A stretch of DNA of 64,000 bases from Clostridia bacterium (GCA_017399265.1 JAFQDL010000005.1:9675-73674); one strand, 5' to 3'; shown: positions 31,280-42,595, numbered from the stretch's first letter. Numbers and translations: made by a program. Notes: a model not told the origin generated them from the letters alone.

Positions 31280-31816
31280 TTATTTTTTACCACTCTTAAC
31301 TTCTTTTCTAACTATAGTTTCATCACTATAATAGATACCATAAGCGTGATATGGTTCAACCGGTTTAATATCTTTTATTTTTAAAGCAACTTGACCAACC
31401 AATTCTTTATCAATGCCTTTAACGATTATTTCGTTTTTGTCGCAAGATAATTGAATACCTTCAACTGCTTTAACTTCAACTGGATGGCTGAAGCCAATAT
31501 TTAATACTAAATCTTGACCTTTTTGTGTAATTTTATAACCTACGCCATTAACTGTAAGCCTCTTCTCGTAGCCTTTAGTTACACCAACGATCATATTGTT
31601 AATAATTTGTCTGTATAGGCCATGATATGCATTATATATAGCCTCAATATTATTGTTTTCAATAGTCAAAACTTGTCCATCAATATTGTATGTAAGTTTT
31701 GGCTCTACCTTCTTTGTTAATGTTCCAAGTGGACCAGTAACTGTGCACTTATCATTTTCGATTTTAACAGTTACGCCAGCAGGAATAGTGATAGCTTTAT
31801 TACCAATTCTACTCAT
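31280..31816 (-). CDS. rplF: 50S ribosomal protein L6
   Basis: MSRIGNK, GVGYK and GFSHPV. Confidence 0.99.
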   Translation of the reverse strand: MSRIGNKAITIPAGVTVKIENDKCTVTGPLGTLTKKVEPKLTYNIDGQVLTIENNNIEAIYNAYHGLYRQIINNMIVGVTKGYEKRLTVNGVGYKITQKGQDLVLNIGFSHPVEVKAVEGIQLSCDKNEIIVKGIDKELVGQVALKIKDIKPVEPYHAYGIYYSDETIVRKEVKSGKK

Positions 31817-31826
31817 ATTCTTCCTC

Positions 31827-32225
31827 CTACCATACGTAAGCCAAAACTTCGCCGCCTACATTAGCGATACGAGCTTGCTTATCTGTCATTAAACCTTTGT
31901 TTGTTGAAATAATTGCAATACCTAATCCATTGATAACTTTTGGAAGTTCTTCAACGCTTGCATATATTCTCAAACCTGGTTTTGAAATTCTCTTAAGTCC
32001 GTTAATAACTTTTTCGCCATTTGGACCAAACTTAAAATCGATAACGATATTTGATTTTGCACCATCATTTTCTACTTTGTAAGAAGCAATAAATCCTTCT
32101 TGTAAAAGTACTTCTGCGATAGCAGCTTTAGTTTTTGAATTGGGAACGGAAACACTTTTATGTTTTGCGCTAAGAGCATTTCTCATTCTTGTTAGCATAT
32201 CTGCAATTGGATCTGTAAAATACAT
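31827..32225 (-). CDS. rpsH: 30S ribosomal protein S8
   Basis: [17 protein letters not shown] and GGEVLAYVW. Confidence 0.99.
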   Translation of the reverse strand: MYFTDPIADMLTRMRNALSAKHKSVSVPNSKTKAAIAEVLLQEGFIASYKVENDGAKSNIVIDFKFGPNGEKVINGLKRISKPGLRIYASVEELPKVINGLGIAIISTNKGLMTDKQARIANVGGEVLAYVW

Positions 32226-32240
32226 AAACTTATCTCCTTT

Positions 32241-32426
32241 TTACCAACTTGATTTTTTAACACCAGGAATTTCACCTTTGTATGCTAAATCTCTAAAGCA
32301 TACTCTGCAGATGCCATATTTTCTCAAAACTGAGTGTGGACGACCACAAATATTACATCTTGTGTATTCTCTTGTGCTGAATTTTTGTTCTTTTTGTTGT
32401 TTAACTTTTAATGCTTTTCTTGCCAT
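32241..32426 (-). CDS. rpsN: 30S ribosomal protein S14, Zn-binding type Z
   Basis: RCNICGR...CRVCFR; 61 aa. Confidence 0.98.
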   Translation of the reverse strand: MARKALKVKQQKEQKFSTREYTRCNICGRPHSVLRKYGICRVCFRDLAYKGEIPGVKKSSW

Positions 32427-32442
32427 ACGAAATATCTTCCTC

Positions 32443-32997
32443 CTATCTCTTTCTGAAAGGCAAACCCATATATTCTAGTAATAGCTTTGCATCCTCATCA
32501 TTTTTTGCAGTTGTAACTATAACAATATCAAGACCTCTGATTTTGTCAATCTTATCATAAGAAATTTCAGGGAATACTAATTGTTCTTTTAATCCTAATG
32601 CATAGTTACCTCTTCCATCAAAAGACTTATCAGAAACACCTTGGAAGTCTCTTACACGTGGCAATGCAATAGAAATAACTCTATCCAAGAATTCGTACAT
32701 TTTAGTTCCTCTAAGAGTAACTTTTGCACCAATCTTGTTGCCCTTTCTTAATTTAAAGTTAGCGATAGATTTCTTAGCAGTTGTAACTAGTGGTTTTTGT
32801 CCAGTAATTACAGCTAATTCTTCTACTGCTTTGTTAAAGCTTTGAGCATTTTCTTTACAATCACCAAGACCTCTATTAACAACAATTTTGTCAATTTTTG
32901 GAACTTGATAAACGTTAGTGTAGCCTTTTTCTTTCATAATAGCAGGAACAACGACATTGTTGTATTTTTCTACTAATCTATTAACTTCTTTTGCCAT
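32443..32997 (-). CDS. rplE: 50S ribosomal protein L5
   Basis: ITGQKP, LPRVRDF and FDGRGNY. Confidence 0.99.
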   Translation of the reverse strand: MAKEVNRLVEKYNNVVVPAIMKEKGYTNVYQVPKIDKIVVNRGLGDCKENAQSFNKAVEELAVITGQKPLVTTAKKSIANFKLRKGNKIGAKVTLRGTKMYEFLDRVISIALPRVRDFQGVSDKSFDGRGNYALGLKEQLVFPEISYDKIDKIRGLDIVIVTTAKNDEDAKLLLEYMGLPFRKR

Positions 32998-33008
32998 CTA
33001 TATTCCTC

Positions 33009-33473
33009 CTATTCCTTATCACTTTTCTTTGTAGTTTTTTTAGCAGCTGGTTTCTTTTCTGCAGTTGTAGACTTCTTAGCAGTAGTCTTTTTCTCTGCAG
33101 CTGCCTTAGTTGTTTTTGTAGCTGATTCTTTCTTTGCTACTTCTTTTTTTGCTGGCTTAACATCTAATGAAGCACCGCACTTTTTGCAAGTTCTTACTTT
33201 CTTATCACCATCAAGTTTGATAGCAACTCTTGTTGCTTTTCCACAAGTTTGGCAGATAATTTGAACATTAGATGCATCAATTTTGCCTTCTACTTTATTA
33301 ATTCCACCTTTTTCACCGGCTTTTCTTGGTTTTTGATGTTTTGCAATAATGTTAACACCAGAAACTACTACAGTGTTATCAGATGGATTGGCAGTAATAA
33401 TGTTGCCAGTCTTGTTTTTATCTTTACCTGCGATAACTAATACGTTATCACCTTTTTTAACATGTAATGACAT
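33009..33473 (-). CDS. rplX: 50S ribosomal protein L24 with a Lys/Ala/Thr-rich tail
   Basis: KKGDNVLVIAGKDK KOW motif; ~50-aa low-complexity C-terminus. Confidence 0.98.
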   Translation of the reverse strand: MSLHVKKGDNVLVIAGKDKNKTGNIITANPSDNTVVVSGVNIIAKHQKPRKAGEKGGINKVEGKIDASNVQIICQTCGKATRVAIKLDGDKKVRTCKKCGASLDVKPAKKEVAKKESATKTTKAAAEKKTTAKKSTTAEKKPAAKKTTKKSDKE

Positions 33474-33491
33474 ATAAATTATACCTTCCTT

Positions 33492-33860
33492 TTATAACAC
33501 TTCTGGAGCCAATGAAATTATTTTCATAAAGCCTTTATCTCTTAATTCTCTAGCAATTGGTCCAAAGATACGAGTACCTTTAGGCATTTTTTGGTTATCA
33601 ATAATAACTGCAGCATTGTCATCAAATTTGATGTAAGAACCATCTGGTCTAGAGATTCCATTGCTAGTTCTAACAACTACAGCTTTTACAACGTCACCTT
33701 TTTTAACAGCGCCACCTGGAGTAGCAGATTTAACAGAAGCAATAATAATATCACCGATATTTCCACTTCTTCTAAATGAACCACCCAAAATTCTAATACA
33801 CATAATTTTCTTAGCGCCACTATTATCAGCAACTTTTAAGATTGTTTGAGGTTGTACCAT
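33492..33860 (-). CDS. rplN: 50S ribosomal protein L14
   Basis: [15 protein letters not shown] and SLAPEVL. Confidence 0.99.
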   Translation of the reverse strand: MVQPQTILKVADNSGAKKIMCIRILGGSFRRSGNIGDIIIASVKSATPGGAVKKGDVVKAVVVRTSNGISRPDGSYIKFDDNAAVIIDNQKMPKGTRIFGPIARELRDKGFMKIISLAPEVL

Positions 33861-33873
33861 AATCTTTTACTCC

Positions 33874-34137
33874 TTATTTCGCTCTTTCAATTATTCTTAC
33901 AAGTCTGAAATACTTGTCTTTGCTAAGTGGTCTTGTTTCCATGATTTCAACAGTATCACCGATATTACACTCGTTGTTCTCATCATGAGCCTTGAATTTC
34001 TTAGTTGATTTATATACTTTGCTATACAAAGGATGTCTTTTATTAGAAACAACTGAAACTGTAATAGTCTTGTCCATTTTATTACTTGTAACAACACCAA
34101 TCTTAGTTCTTCTTAAATTTCTTTCTGTATTTTCCAT
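33874..34137 (-). CDS. rpsQ: 30S ribosomal protein S17
   Basis: [12 protein letters not shown] and ETRPLSK. Confidence 0.99.
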   Translation of the reverse strand: MENTERNLRRTKIGVVTSNKMDKTITVSVVSNKRHPLYSKVYKSTKKFKAHDENNECNIGDTVEIMETRPLSKDKYFRLVRIIERAK

Positions 34138-34151
34138 AAATCCTCCCCCAA

Positions 34152-34358
34152 CTATGCATTAACCTTTTTGTTTAATTCTCTTTCGGTTAATACTGTTTTA
34201 ACTTTAGCAATGTCTTTTTTGCAAGCATTAATTTGCATTGGGTTTGTTAATTGTCCGGTTGCATTTGAGAAACGAAGATTGAAAAGTTCTTGTTTTAATT
34301 CTTTTAACTTTTTGTTAAGTTCTTCGTTTGTCATCTCTCTAAATTCTTTAGCTTTCAT
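34152..34358 (-). CDS. rpmC: 50S ribosomal protein L29
   Basis: ELFNLRF..ATGQL. Confidence 0.98.
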   Translation of the reverse strand: MKAKEFREMTNEELNKKLKELKQELFNLRFSNATGQLTNPMQINACKKDIAKVKTVLTERELNKKVNA

Positions 34359-34798
34359 TAAACAATACCACCTTCTTGTTTTTCTTCGTCACTTTTCTTA
34401 ACAAACTTAGTTTTGATTGGTAACTTGTATGCAGCAAGTCTCATAGCTTCTTTAGCTTGTTCTTCAGTAACACCGCCAAGTTCGAATAGAACTCTACCTG
34501 GCTTAATTGTAACTACCCAGTACTCTGGATTACCTTTACCTTTACCCATACGAGTATCAGCAGCTCTCTTAGTAACTGGTTTGTTAGGGAAGATGTTGAT
34601 CCATACTTGTCCACCACGTTTTGTATATCTATTGATAGCAACACGGGCAGCTTCTACTTGGTTAGTAGTTAACCAGCATGGCTCTAAAGCAACTAAACCA
34701 TACTCACCGTAAGCGATTTTGTTACCTCTAGTAGCTTTACCTTTTAATCTTCCTCTGAATTGTTTTCTTCTTTTAATTCTTCTAGGCATTAATAACAT
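34358..34798 (-). CDS. rplP: 50S ribosomal protein L16
   Basis: EAARVA, RMGKGKG and AAYKLP. Confidence 0.99.
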   Translation of the reverse strand: MLLMPRRIKRRKQFRGRLKGKATRGNKIAYGEYGLVALEPCWLTTNQVEAARVAINRYTKRGGQVWINIFPNKPVTKRAADTRMGKGKGNPEYWVVTIKPGRVLFELGGVTEEQAKEAMRLAAYKLPIKTKFVKKSDEEKQEGGIV

Positions 34799-35481
34799 TA
34801 TTCTTGTCCTCCTTCAACAGTAGCGTTTTCTTGAGGTGCAACAACTTTCTTTGTTAAAATTTCGCCTTTGCAAATCCAAACTTTAACACCGATAACACCA
34901 AAAGTTGTGTGTGCTTCGCAAGTAGCATAATCGATATCTGCTCTTAAAGTATGAAGAGGAAGTCTTCCTTCTCTGTAGTGCTCACTTCTTGCAATTTCAG
35001 CGCCATCAAGTCTGCCGCTAACCATAATCTTGCAACCTTTAGCACCAGCTCTCATAACTTTTTGTAAAGACATCTTCATTGCTCTTCTGAAACTCATTCT
35101 CTTTTCTAATTGTTGAGCAACTGTTTGTGCAACGATTTGTGCATCTAAATCTGGTTTTTTAACTTCTTTAATATTGATATTTACAAATTTGCCATTAACA
35201 ATTTTTGCAATATCAGCTTTTAATTCTTCTACACCAGCACCTTTAGCGCCAATCATAACGCCTGGTCTAGCAGTGTAGATATCAACAGTAACCTTATTTG
35301 CAGTTCTACTGATTTCTACTGTTGAAACAGAAGATGCTGCATGTTTTTTGTTGATATATTTTCTAATTTTATTATCTTCTAATAGATATTCGGAGAATTC
35401 TTTTTTGTTTGTGAACCAAGAAGAGCTCCAATCTTTATTAACACCAACTCTAAGTCCGTGTGGATTAACTTTTTGTCCCAT
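34798..35481 (-). CDS. rpsC: 30S ribosomal protein S3
   Basis: [13 protein letters not shown] and [11 protein letters not shown]. Confidence 0.99.
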   Translation of the reverse strand: MGQKVNPHGLRVGVNKDWSSSWFTNKKEFSEYLLEDNKIRKYINKKHAASSVSTVEISRTANKVTVDIYTARPGVMIGAKGAGVEELKADIAKIVNGKFVNINIKEVKKPDLDAQIVAQTVAQQLEKRMSFRRAMKMSLQKVMRAGAKGCKIMVSGRLDGAEIARSEHYREGRLPLHTLRADIDYATCEAHTTFGVIGVKVWICKGEILTKKVVAPQENATVEGGQE

Positions 35482-35498
35482 TAACTAAATCCTCCTTA

Positions 35499-35891
35499 TT
35501 AGTTTTTTGAAGAACTGTCTAGTATTATAGTGATGTGACAAGTTCTCTTAATAATTGTATCAACGCCGCCTCTTCCTCTGAAAGAAACTCTCTTGAAAGA
35601 TGGGCCTTGGTTTGCGTATGCTTCAGCAACATACAATAAATCTCTACTTAAACCTTTGTTGTTCTCAGCATTTGCACCAGCTGAAACTAAAACTTTTTTA
35701 ACAACTAAGCTGGCAGTGCTAGGAGTATTCTCCAAAATAGCACAAGCTTCAACAAAAGATTTTCCTTTGATAATATCTAAAACTCTTTTTGCTTTAGAAG
35801 AAGCCATTCTGATGTATCTAGCTACAGCAAAAGGTCTATTATCTTTATTTTCATGTCTTCTAGCTGCTTTTTCTTTAACTCTTTTAGCCAT
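35499..35891 (-). CDS. rplV: 50S ribosomal protein L22 (N-terminal extension)
   Basis: SAGANAENN and KRTCHITI; sits between rpsS and rpsC. Confidence 0.97.
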   Translation of the reverse strand: MAKRVKEKAARRHENKDNRPFAVARYIRMASSKAKRVLDIIKGKSFVEACAILENTPSTASLVVKKVLVSAGANAENNKGLSRDLLYVAEAYANQGPSFKRVSFRGRGGVDTIIKRTCHITIILDSSSKN

Positions 35892-35901
35892 CTTTTATCT
35901 C

Positions 35902-36183
35902 CTATTTTTTGCCCTTAGTTTTTTTATCAGCACCATGACCTCTGAAGGTTCTAGTAGGTGCAAACTCACCAAGCTTATGTCCAATCATATCAACTGTACA
36001 ATAAACTGGAATATGTTTCATACCATTATGAACTGCGATTGTGTGACCAACGAATTCTGGATAAATAGTGGAAGATCTACTCCAAGTCTTTAAAACTTGT
36101 TTCTTACCTTCGTTATTTAATTTCAAAACTCTTTGCATTAATCTTTCTTCTACATAAGGTTTTTTCTTTAAACTTCTACTCAT
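35902..36183 (-). CDS. rpsS: 30S ribosomal protein S19
   Basis: KTWSRSS and [11 protein letters not shown]. Confidence 0.99.
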   Translation of the reverse strand: MSRSLKKKPYVEERLMQRVLKLNNEGKKQVLKTWSRSSTIYPEFVGHTIAVHNGMKHIPVYCTVDMIGHKLGEFAPTRTFRGHGADKKTKGKK

Positions 36184-36192
36184 GATTCACTC

Positions 36193-37020
36193 CTACTTAG
36201 CACGGCTAACAATAAGTTTATTGCTATGCTTTTTAGTATTTCTAGTTTTCTTACCCATAGCAGGTTTTCCCCATGGAGTAAGAGGTGATTTTCTACCAAC
36301 TGGGCTCTTACCTTCACCACCACCGTGAGGGTGATCGCAAGGGTTCATTACACTACCTCTAACAGTAGGTCTAGTACCCATATGTCTTACTCTACCAGCT
36401 TTACCAAGAGAAACGATTTCATGTTCCAAGTTACCAACTGTACCAATTGTAGCACGGCAATTTGAAAGAACTTTTCTAGTTTCTCCACTTGGCAATTTGA
36501 TAGTTGCAAATTTACCTTCTTTAGCCATTAATCTTGCTTCCATACCTGCAGATCTAACGATTTGTGCGCCACGACCTGGAGTAAGCTCGATATTGTGGAT
36601 AACAGCACCCACTGGCATATCTTTTAATTCTAAGCAGTTACCAACTTTGATTTCTGCTTTTTCACCACTCATTACTTGGTCACCAACATTTAGACCCTTT
36701 GGAGCGATAATATAAGATTTAACACCATCAACATATTGAATTAATGCGATGAATGCAGATCTATTTGGATCGTACTCAATGCCAACAACTTTAGCAGCAA
36801 TACCATCTCTATTTCTCTTAAAATCAATAATTCTATATTTAACCCTGTTTCCACCACCAATGTGTCTAACAGTAATTCTGCCTTGGTTATTTCTACCAGC
36901 GCTCTTTTTCTTAGGTGCAAGAAGAGATTTTTCTGGTTCAAATTTAGTAACTTCATCAAAAGATGCTGTTGTATAGAATCTTCTAGCTGGTGATGTAGGT
37001 TTGTATGTTTTAATAGCCAT
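36193..37020 (-). CDS. rplB: 50S ribosomal protein L2
   Basis: EYDPNRSA and [13 protein letters not shown]. Confidence 0.99.
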   Translation of the reverse strand: MAIKTYKPTSPARRFYTTASFDEVTKFEPEKSLLAPKKKSAGRNNQGRITVRHIGGGNRVKYRIIDFKRNRDGIAAKVVGIEYDPNRSAFIALIQYVDGVKSYIIAPKGLNVGDQVMSGEKAEIKVGNCLELKDMPVGAVIHNIELTPGRGAQIVRSAGMEARLMAKEGKFATIKLPSGETRKVLSNCRATIGTVGNLEHEIVSLGKAGRVRHMGTRPTVRGSVMNPCDHPHGGGEGKSPVGRKSPLTPWGKPAMGKKTRNTKKHSNKLIVSRAK

Positions 37021-37039
37021 TTTATTTCCTCCTTAACTC

Positions 37040-37330
37040 CTAAGCTAAACTCTCAAAGAACTCAATAGCTTTGCTGTCTTCTTTTAATTGAACATAAGCT
37101 TTCTTGTAATCTGATGTATAACCTTGAGATTTTCCTTGTCTTTTTAACTTGCCATTTATATTAGCAATATTTACTGATGCAACTTTTACGCCAAATATTT
37201 CCTCAACAGCTTGTCTAACTTCAATTTTGTTAGTATTTTTTGCTACTAAGAAAGTGTACTTTTTGTTAGCGATATCTGCATAACTTTTTTCACTTAAAAT
37301 TGGTTTAATTATAACGTCGTAAGCTTTCAT
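37040..37330 (-). CDS. rplW: 50S ribosomal protein L23
   Basis: P.LSEKS, NKIEVRQAVE and KKAYVQL. Confidence 0.98.
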   Translation of the reverse strand: MKAYDVIIKPILSEKSYADIANKKYTFLVAKNTNKIEVRQAVEEIFGVKVASVNIANINGKLKRQGKSQGYTSDYKKAYVQLKEDSKAIEFFESLA

Positions 37331-37959
37331 TATTTAACATAAGCCTCCTGTATTTCATTTATTGCATCAACTGTAAGAACTAATTTGTCGCAACATACGA
37401 TATCATAAACATTTAAAATATTAGCTGTTGTTACATCAACGTTCTTTAAGTTGCCAGAAGCTTTAATAAGATTGTCGTTATTGTCCTTAGTAACGAAGAT
37501 TGCAGTCTTGTCTAACTTTAAGTTGTTAACAACACTTGCCAAAGTCTTAGTTTTGTAATCTTGAAGATTTAAGTTATCAACAACAACCAATTCTTTGTCT
37601 TTCAATTTAGTACTAATAGCACTAATGAATGCGGCCTTTTTAGCTTCTTTATTTACTTTCTTTGAGAAATCTCTTGGCTTTGGTGCGAATACTACACCGC
37701 CACCTCTCCATTGTGGACCTTTAGTTGAGCCTTGTCTTGCTCTACCTGTACCTTTTTGTCTCCAAGGTTTCTTAGCATGACCTCTAACTTCTGAACGAGT
37801 CAAAGTGCTTTTTGTACCTTGTCTGTTGTTTGCTAAATAAGCAACTACAACTTGGTGAATTAATGCTTCATTATATTCAGCCCCGAAAACTTCTTTCTTA
37901 AGACTTAAAGTAGAACCAGTATCTTCACCTAGCATATTGTATATTTTAACACTTGCCAT
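37330..37959 (-). CDS. rplD: 50S ribosomal protein L4
   Basis: KPWRQKGTGRARQGS and GGGVVFAPKPR. Confidence 0.99.
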   Translation of the reverse strand: MASVKIYNMLGEDTGSTLSLKKEVFGAEYNEALIHQVVVAYLANNRQGTKSTLTRSEVRGHAKKPWRQKGTGRARQGSTKGPQWRGGGVVFAPKPRDFSKKVNKEAKKAAFISAISTKLKDKELVVVDNLNLQDYKTKTLASVVNNLKLDKTAIFVTKDNNDNLIKASGNLKNVDVTTANILNVYDIVCCDKLVLTVDAINEIQEAYVK

Positions 37960-37973
37960 TGCCTAATTCCCCC

Positions 37974-38606
37974 TTATGCGTTAGCCTTTACAGCATTTTT
38001 AATTGATACTACACTTCCCTTAACTCCAGGAATTGCACCTTTGATTAACAAAATGTTTCTTTCAGCATCAACTTTAACAACTCTAAGATTTTGAATAGTA
38101 ACAGTTTCACTACCCCATCTTCCAGCCATCTTCTTACCCTTAAATACTTTACCAGGGAAAGTGTTAGCACCGATAGAACCAACGTGTCTATGAACTGGAC
38201 CATTACCGTGAGTCATTCTATGTCTTTGGAAATTCCATTTTTTAATTGTACCTGTATAACCGTGACCTTTAGAAGTACCAGTTACATCAACCAAGTCACC
38301 TTCAGCAAATACATCACAATTGATTTGATCACCAAGATTGTATGTACCTTCTAACTTGAATTCTTTTAAATATTTCTTTGCAGAAACACCAGCTTTAGTC
38401 AATTGACCAAGTAATGGTTTGCTGATAGCACTTTCTTTAACATCGCCATAAGCAAGTTGAACAGCATCGTAACCATCATTTTTAACAGTCTTAACTTGTG
38501 TTACATAACAAGGACCAGCCTCAACTACTGTAACAGGAACTACTAAGCCATCACTGCCAAATATTTGAGTCATACCAAGTTTCTTACCTAAAATTGCTTT
38601 CTTCAT
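37974..38606 (-). CDS. rplC: 50S ribosomal protein L3
   Basis: GKKLGMTQIF, DGYDAVQL and VFKGKKMAG. Confidence 0.99.
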   Translation of the reverse strand: MKKAILGKKLGMTQIFGSDGLVVPVTVVEAGPCYVTQVKTVKNDGYDAVQLAYGDVKESAISKPLLGQLTKAGVSAKKYLKEFKLEGTYNLGDQINCDVFAEGDLVDVTGTSKGHGYTGTIKKWNFQRHRMTHGNGPVHRHVGSIGANTFPGKVFKGKKMAGRWGSETVTIQNLRVVKVDAERNILLIKGAIPGVKGSVVSIKNAVKANA

Positions 38607-38630
38607 AATATCATTATCCTCCTACAATAA

Positions 38631-38939
38631 TTAAAGTTTGATATTGATATCCACACCAGCAGGTAAGTCTAATTTCATTAAAGCATCAACAGCTTTAGCA
38701 TTAGGACTGTAAATATCAATTATCCTTTTATGTGTTCTCATTTCGAATTGTTCACGACTGTCTTTGTATTTGTGTGGTGAACGAAGAATTGTAACTACCT
38801 CTTTTTCTGTTGGTAGTGGTATTGGACCACTAATCTTTGCACCGAATCTTAATGCAGTATCAGCAATTCTCTTGCTTGCTACATCAATAAGGCTGTGGTC
38901 AAATGCTTTTAATTTAACTCTGATTTTTTGTGTTGCCAT
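38631..38939 (-). CDS. rpsJ: 30S ribosomal protein S10
   Basis: [19 protein letters not shown] and LPAGVDI. Confidence 0.99.
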   Translation of the reverse strand: MATQKIRVKLKAFDHSLIDVASKRIADTALRFGAKISGPIPLPTEKEVVTILRSPHKYKDSREQFEMRTHKRIIDIYSPNAKAVDALMKLDLPAGVDINIKL

Positions 38940-39017
38940 TAATTTTTCTCCTTAAGATTTATTTGATTAAATTAATTTACCTAAACTCAAATTTTCTTTA
39001 CTATAATATATATTTAA

Positions 39018-39193
39018 ACACTGCTCCGGGTGTATCAAGGCAAATGTCTAAAAAAATTGCTGCGAAATCTTAAACTAGTAAAGTTGAATTTAGTCGTTTA
39101 TAATCTAGTATAAACTCTTCAAAATCCGTACTCAAACTATCTTATTTTTTGGCATAAATAAGTAACCTTGCGCACAGACGTCATTATACAGCG
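39018..39193 (-). ncRNA. Long S10-operon 5' leader (possible r-leader)
   Basis: About 250 nt separate the promoter from rpsJ. The minus strand has GC-richer islands gcgcaaggttac and tacacccggagc that resemble Firmicute rpsJ leaders (recalled similarity, not a computed match). Confidence 0.4.
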
Positions 39194-39198
39194 GTAAT

Positions 39199-39227
39199 AG
39201 TTTATCTGATTTTGACCTACTTGTCAA
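39199..39227 (-). promoter_or_regulatory. S10 operon sigma-A promoter
   Basis: TTGACA-17-TAAACT. Confidence 0.8.
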
Positions 39228-39420
39228 TGGTTTTTTGAAATTTTTTCAACTTTTTTCAAAAATTATTAAATTGTGATAAAAATCTCCAAAAATTTAAGTT
39301 ATCTCTTTAATCAAACAATACAATATTTGCAACCCTCGCACGCGTGTAATTAATAAAGATTTACTATAATATAATAAATTATATATAATAAAAAGTCAAT
39401 ACCCTTTTAAAAAACATATT

Positions 39421-39460
39421 AAAAAATCCTGTACACTTTAACCGCATACAGGAAATTTTT
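39421..39460 (-). terminator. Terminator after the LRR gene
   Basis: Minus strand cctgtatgc-ggttaaa-gtgtacagg followed by an A and a T-run. Confidence 0.65.
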
Positions 39461-42412
39461 TTAAGATTTATGTAAATATAAACCCTGCCAAACACTAGCT
39501 GATTTCAAATTAATTGCATTCTGCGCACTATCTGAAACATCAATAGCACTTCCTTCTGTCGCCGATGATGAACTAGCGGTCCACCAGCCAGAAGAATCTT
39601 CAAATATAATATTTGTTAACTCTGTGCAGCCTGAATTAAAAGCTTGTTTACTTATTTTTACAACACTACTAGAAATATTAATCTGCGTCAATTTCGGACA
39701 ACTAGAGAAAGCATACTGACCAATATCTTCAACTTGATTCAGATCAATAGAAGTAATATTTCTTCCCCAAAAAGATGAAGGCCCTAGAGAAGTAATATAA
39801 TCTGGAATTATAGTAGTATTAACACTTCCAGTATGCAAAACATTTCCTCTTATAATCGCATTAATACCGCCATCCGTATAATATTTATTTTCTTCATCAA
39901 CAACTATTGTTGCTAGATTTGGGCTTCCACCTGCAAAAGCAGCTGAGTTTATAAAAGTAACACTTTTAGGGATGTATAAATTAACAATCTTACAACCTCT
40001 AAACGCAAAAGAACCTATCGTCTCTAATGTGTCAGACATATTTACTTCAGTAAGTTTAGCACAATTAATAAACACATTATCTTCCAACTCTCTTACGCCT
40101 ACTAGATTCACTTTTGTTAAAGCACTACAATTATTAAATGCCTGACTTTCTACCAAACAATTATCCCCATTGATAGTCAACTCTGTCATTTTATCACAAT
40201 TTATAAAAGAATACGGGCTTATACATTTTAAGGTAGTTGGAAATTGTATGTTTGTAACATTTACACATCCGTTGAATGCATAAGCATATATATATTCTAC
40301 ACCTTCTTCAAACTCAACATTTTTCAATCTAGTACAATCTCGAAAAGCATTATCACCAACACCTTTAATATTACCAGGAATAACAACTTCTGTAATAGAA
40401 GAATTATCCCGAAACGCGTCGGGGGCTATTGCAATAACACTCTCTGGAAATTTAGTAGATGCACAACCTACTAGCATCACATTAATACTTGTTTCGATTA
40501 TAGCATTAGAATTATCTCTAGAATCATAAATAGGATTATTATTATCTACAATAATAGATTGCAAAGCATCACAACCACCAAAAGCACGACCACCAATCGA
40601 CTCTGTCGTAGCTGGAATATAAACTGCCTCTAATAATTTACACCCATAAAATGCATAAGAACCAATTGTCTTTAAATTATTTGAAAAATCAATACTTGAT
40701 AAATTCTGACAATCATAAAAAGCATATTGACCAATATTTTCCAATTTATCTAAAAATTTAACATTAAACAAACTACTACATTGATAAAAAGCATAATCTC
40801 CTATACTTTCAAGGCTGTCTGAAAATTTTATATTAGACAAACTACTACATTGATAAAAAGCATAATTTCCTATGCTTTGAAGGCTGTCTGAAAATTTTAC
40901 ATCTATAAGACTAGTACATAAATTGAACGCAAAAATATCTATGCTAGTCACTTTGTCCGGGATAACAATATTCAATAATTTAGAACATCTATTAAACGTT
41001 CTTTCATTTATAGAAGTTATTTCTCCAGGTAAATTTATTGAAGAAATTGAATTACTAGCGAAAGCATATGAACCAATCTCTACAACACTTTCAGGCAAAA
41101 CCACATTAGTAACACTCACACAAGCATTAAAAGCAGAACTACCAATACTTCTACAACTATATGGAATTACAATGGGAGAAGATATTGCAATAGAGGCTGC
41201 AAAGGCATAATCAGGAATAGCTGTCAAACTTTTACCCAAATAAATAGTTGTCAGAATAGTATCTCTTAAACCATCAACCATCACCAAATCGTGATTATAT
41301 CCATTTATCCAACTAGGAATGGTCTTAACATTATTACCTATATACAACCCTGAAATACCTATATTTCTATCTAACACTCCAGTTACAGCAACAACCGGCT
41401 TTGTTTCACCATTAATAGTTACATCATCCGGAATAACAACTGAATTCTCTGGCGCAGCCTTTACACTATTTACACCACCTCTAATAGAAACAGAATTAGT
41501 AGAAATAGTTGTTAAATCATCAACAACATATCCGCCTAAATCTTCATCGTAATTTTCTTCTGTTATTGACACATTACCTGCATAAAATAGCGGATATAGC
41601 GTCATATTCTCATCAATAATTGTTTGATCTACAAATAAGTTAGTTCTAGCCTCATCTGTATACCAACCAGCAAATACATAACCAGATGAATAGTATTTAG
41701 GAACTGTATTTATTGTGGCATATGGCATTCCTTGTAATGCAATATAATTGCCTGTAAATTCAGAATAATTACTTACTCCTTCCATATCATATACAATTGC
41801 ACATTCATTTGGCACTTGCAACAACCATTCAAAATTTCCAACATAACTTGCGTTTTTTGCTCCAGCCTCAACCTCTACGATAATATATACATATGTAGTA
41901 CTATTTGAAACATCAGTCTCAGAAGTATTTAACTCTAAAGTCCTAGACGTCCAAGCTTCAATTTCATAAGGAGGATTAATAGTAGACACATTGTTCAATT
42001 GAACTGGACTTACATAATACCCAACGCTCATACTTGTAGCAACAGGCATCTCTATCAAATCCAAATTTAGATAAATACTATCTGAATTGTTAACAAACGA
42101 GTATTCAAAGACGATTCTAGTATTTTCATTTTCAATCCTTATATTTTCTTCACTAGGATTTAATTCACCAGACATTGTTTCTGAAGTGTTATTAAATGTT
42201 AAACCTGCCTCACTTCCTAATAACTTCCATCCACCTTCACCTGTCCAATATCTTGCAGCAACATTAGCATATACATCTTTTACTGTATACCCTACTTTAA
42301 AACTTGCTCCCATTGAAGATAATCTACTAACAATTACTGTAGCAATTGCAGCAATTAAACCCAATATTATTGTACCAAATATTACTGAGACAACGACGAC
42401 TTTCTTTTTCAA
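39461..42412 (-). CDS. Membrane-anchored surface protein: pilin/TasA-like N-domain, InlB B-repeat and BspA-type LRR_5 repeats
   Basis: TTG start after a GAGG RBS; N-terminal TM helix; GYVFAGWYTD...MTLYP B-repeat; many IG.YAF..C..L..I 23-aa repeats, including near-identical 69-bp copies at ~40760-40900. Confidence 0.9.
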   Translation of the reverse strand: MKKKVVVVSVIFGTIILGLIAAIATVIVSRLSSMGASFKVGYTVKDVYANVAARYWTGEGGWKLLGSEAGLTFNNTSETMSGELNPSEENIRIENENTRIVFEYSFVNNSDSIYLNLDLIEMPVATSMSVGYYVSPVQLNNVSTINPPYEIEAWTSRTLELNTSETDVSNSTTYVYIIVEVEAGAKNASYVGNFEWLLQVPNECAIVYDMEGVSNYSEFTGNYIALQGMPYATINTVPKYYSSGYVFAGWYTDEARTNLFVDQTIIDENMTLYPLFYAGNVSITEENYDEDLGGYVVDDLTTISTNSVSIRGGVNSVKAAPENSVVIPDDVTINGETKPVVAVTGVLDRNIGISGLYIGNNVKTIPSWINGYNHDLVMVDGLRDTILTTIYLGKSLTAIPDYAFAASIAISSPIVIPYSCRSIGSSAFNACVSVTNVVLPESVVEIGSYAFASNSISSINLPGEITSINERTFNRCSKLLNIVIPDKVTSIDIFAFNLCTSLIDVKFSDSLQSIGNYAFYQCSSLSNIKFSDSLESIGDYAFYQCSSLFNVKFLDKLENIGQYAFYDCQNLSSIDFSNNLKTIGSYAFYGCKLLEAVYIPATTESIGGRAFGGCDALQSIIVDNNNPIYDSRDNSNAIIETSINVMLVGCASTKFPESVIAIAPDAFRDNSSITEVVIPGNIKGVGDNAFRDCTRLKNVEFEEGVEYIYAYAFNGCVNVTNIQFPTTLKCISPYSFINCDKMTELTINGDNCLVESQAFNNCSALTKVNLVGVRELEDNVFINCAKLTEVNMSDTLETIGSFAFRGCKIVNLYIPKSVTFINSAAFAGGSPNLATIVVDEENKYYTDGGINAIIRGNVLHTGSVNTTIIPDYITSLGPSSFWGRNITSIDLNQVEDIGQYAFSSCPKLTQINISSSVVKISKQAFNSGCTELTNIIFEDSSGWWTASSSSATEGSAIDVSDSAQNAINLKSASVWQGLYLHKS

Positions 42413-42595
42413 AACACTATCCTCGCATTACTTATTTAAATATATATTATATATATAATTTTAACTTGTGACTTGTCAAGAAAAATACAAGAATACAATT
42501 AAAGATCTATAATTTTCAACACTTATCTAATTCAAACTCCCAAAAGAATCAGCAGACTACAAAAAAACATCAAAAAAATTTAAACATAGTATTTT

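Noticed and set aside
23035-38939. Codon reassignment (AGG/CGG) as reported in some low-GC Bacillota
   Set aside because: Spot checks show AGG at a conserved Arg (S10 HKR) and CGG at an Arg-compatible LRR position. Conserved proteins translate normally. A Codetta run would be the full test.
40760-40900. Direct repeats as a CRISPR array or DGR template/variable repeat
   Set aside because: They are in-frame 69-bp LRR coding units with no spacers, cas genes or reverse transcriptase. The same applies to 6627-6870.
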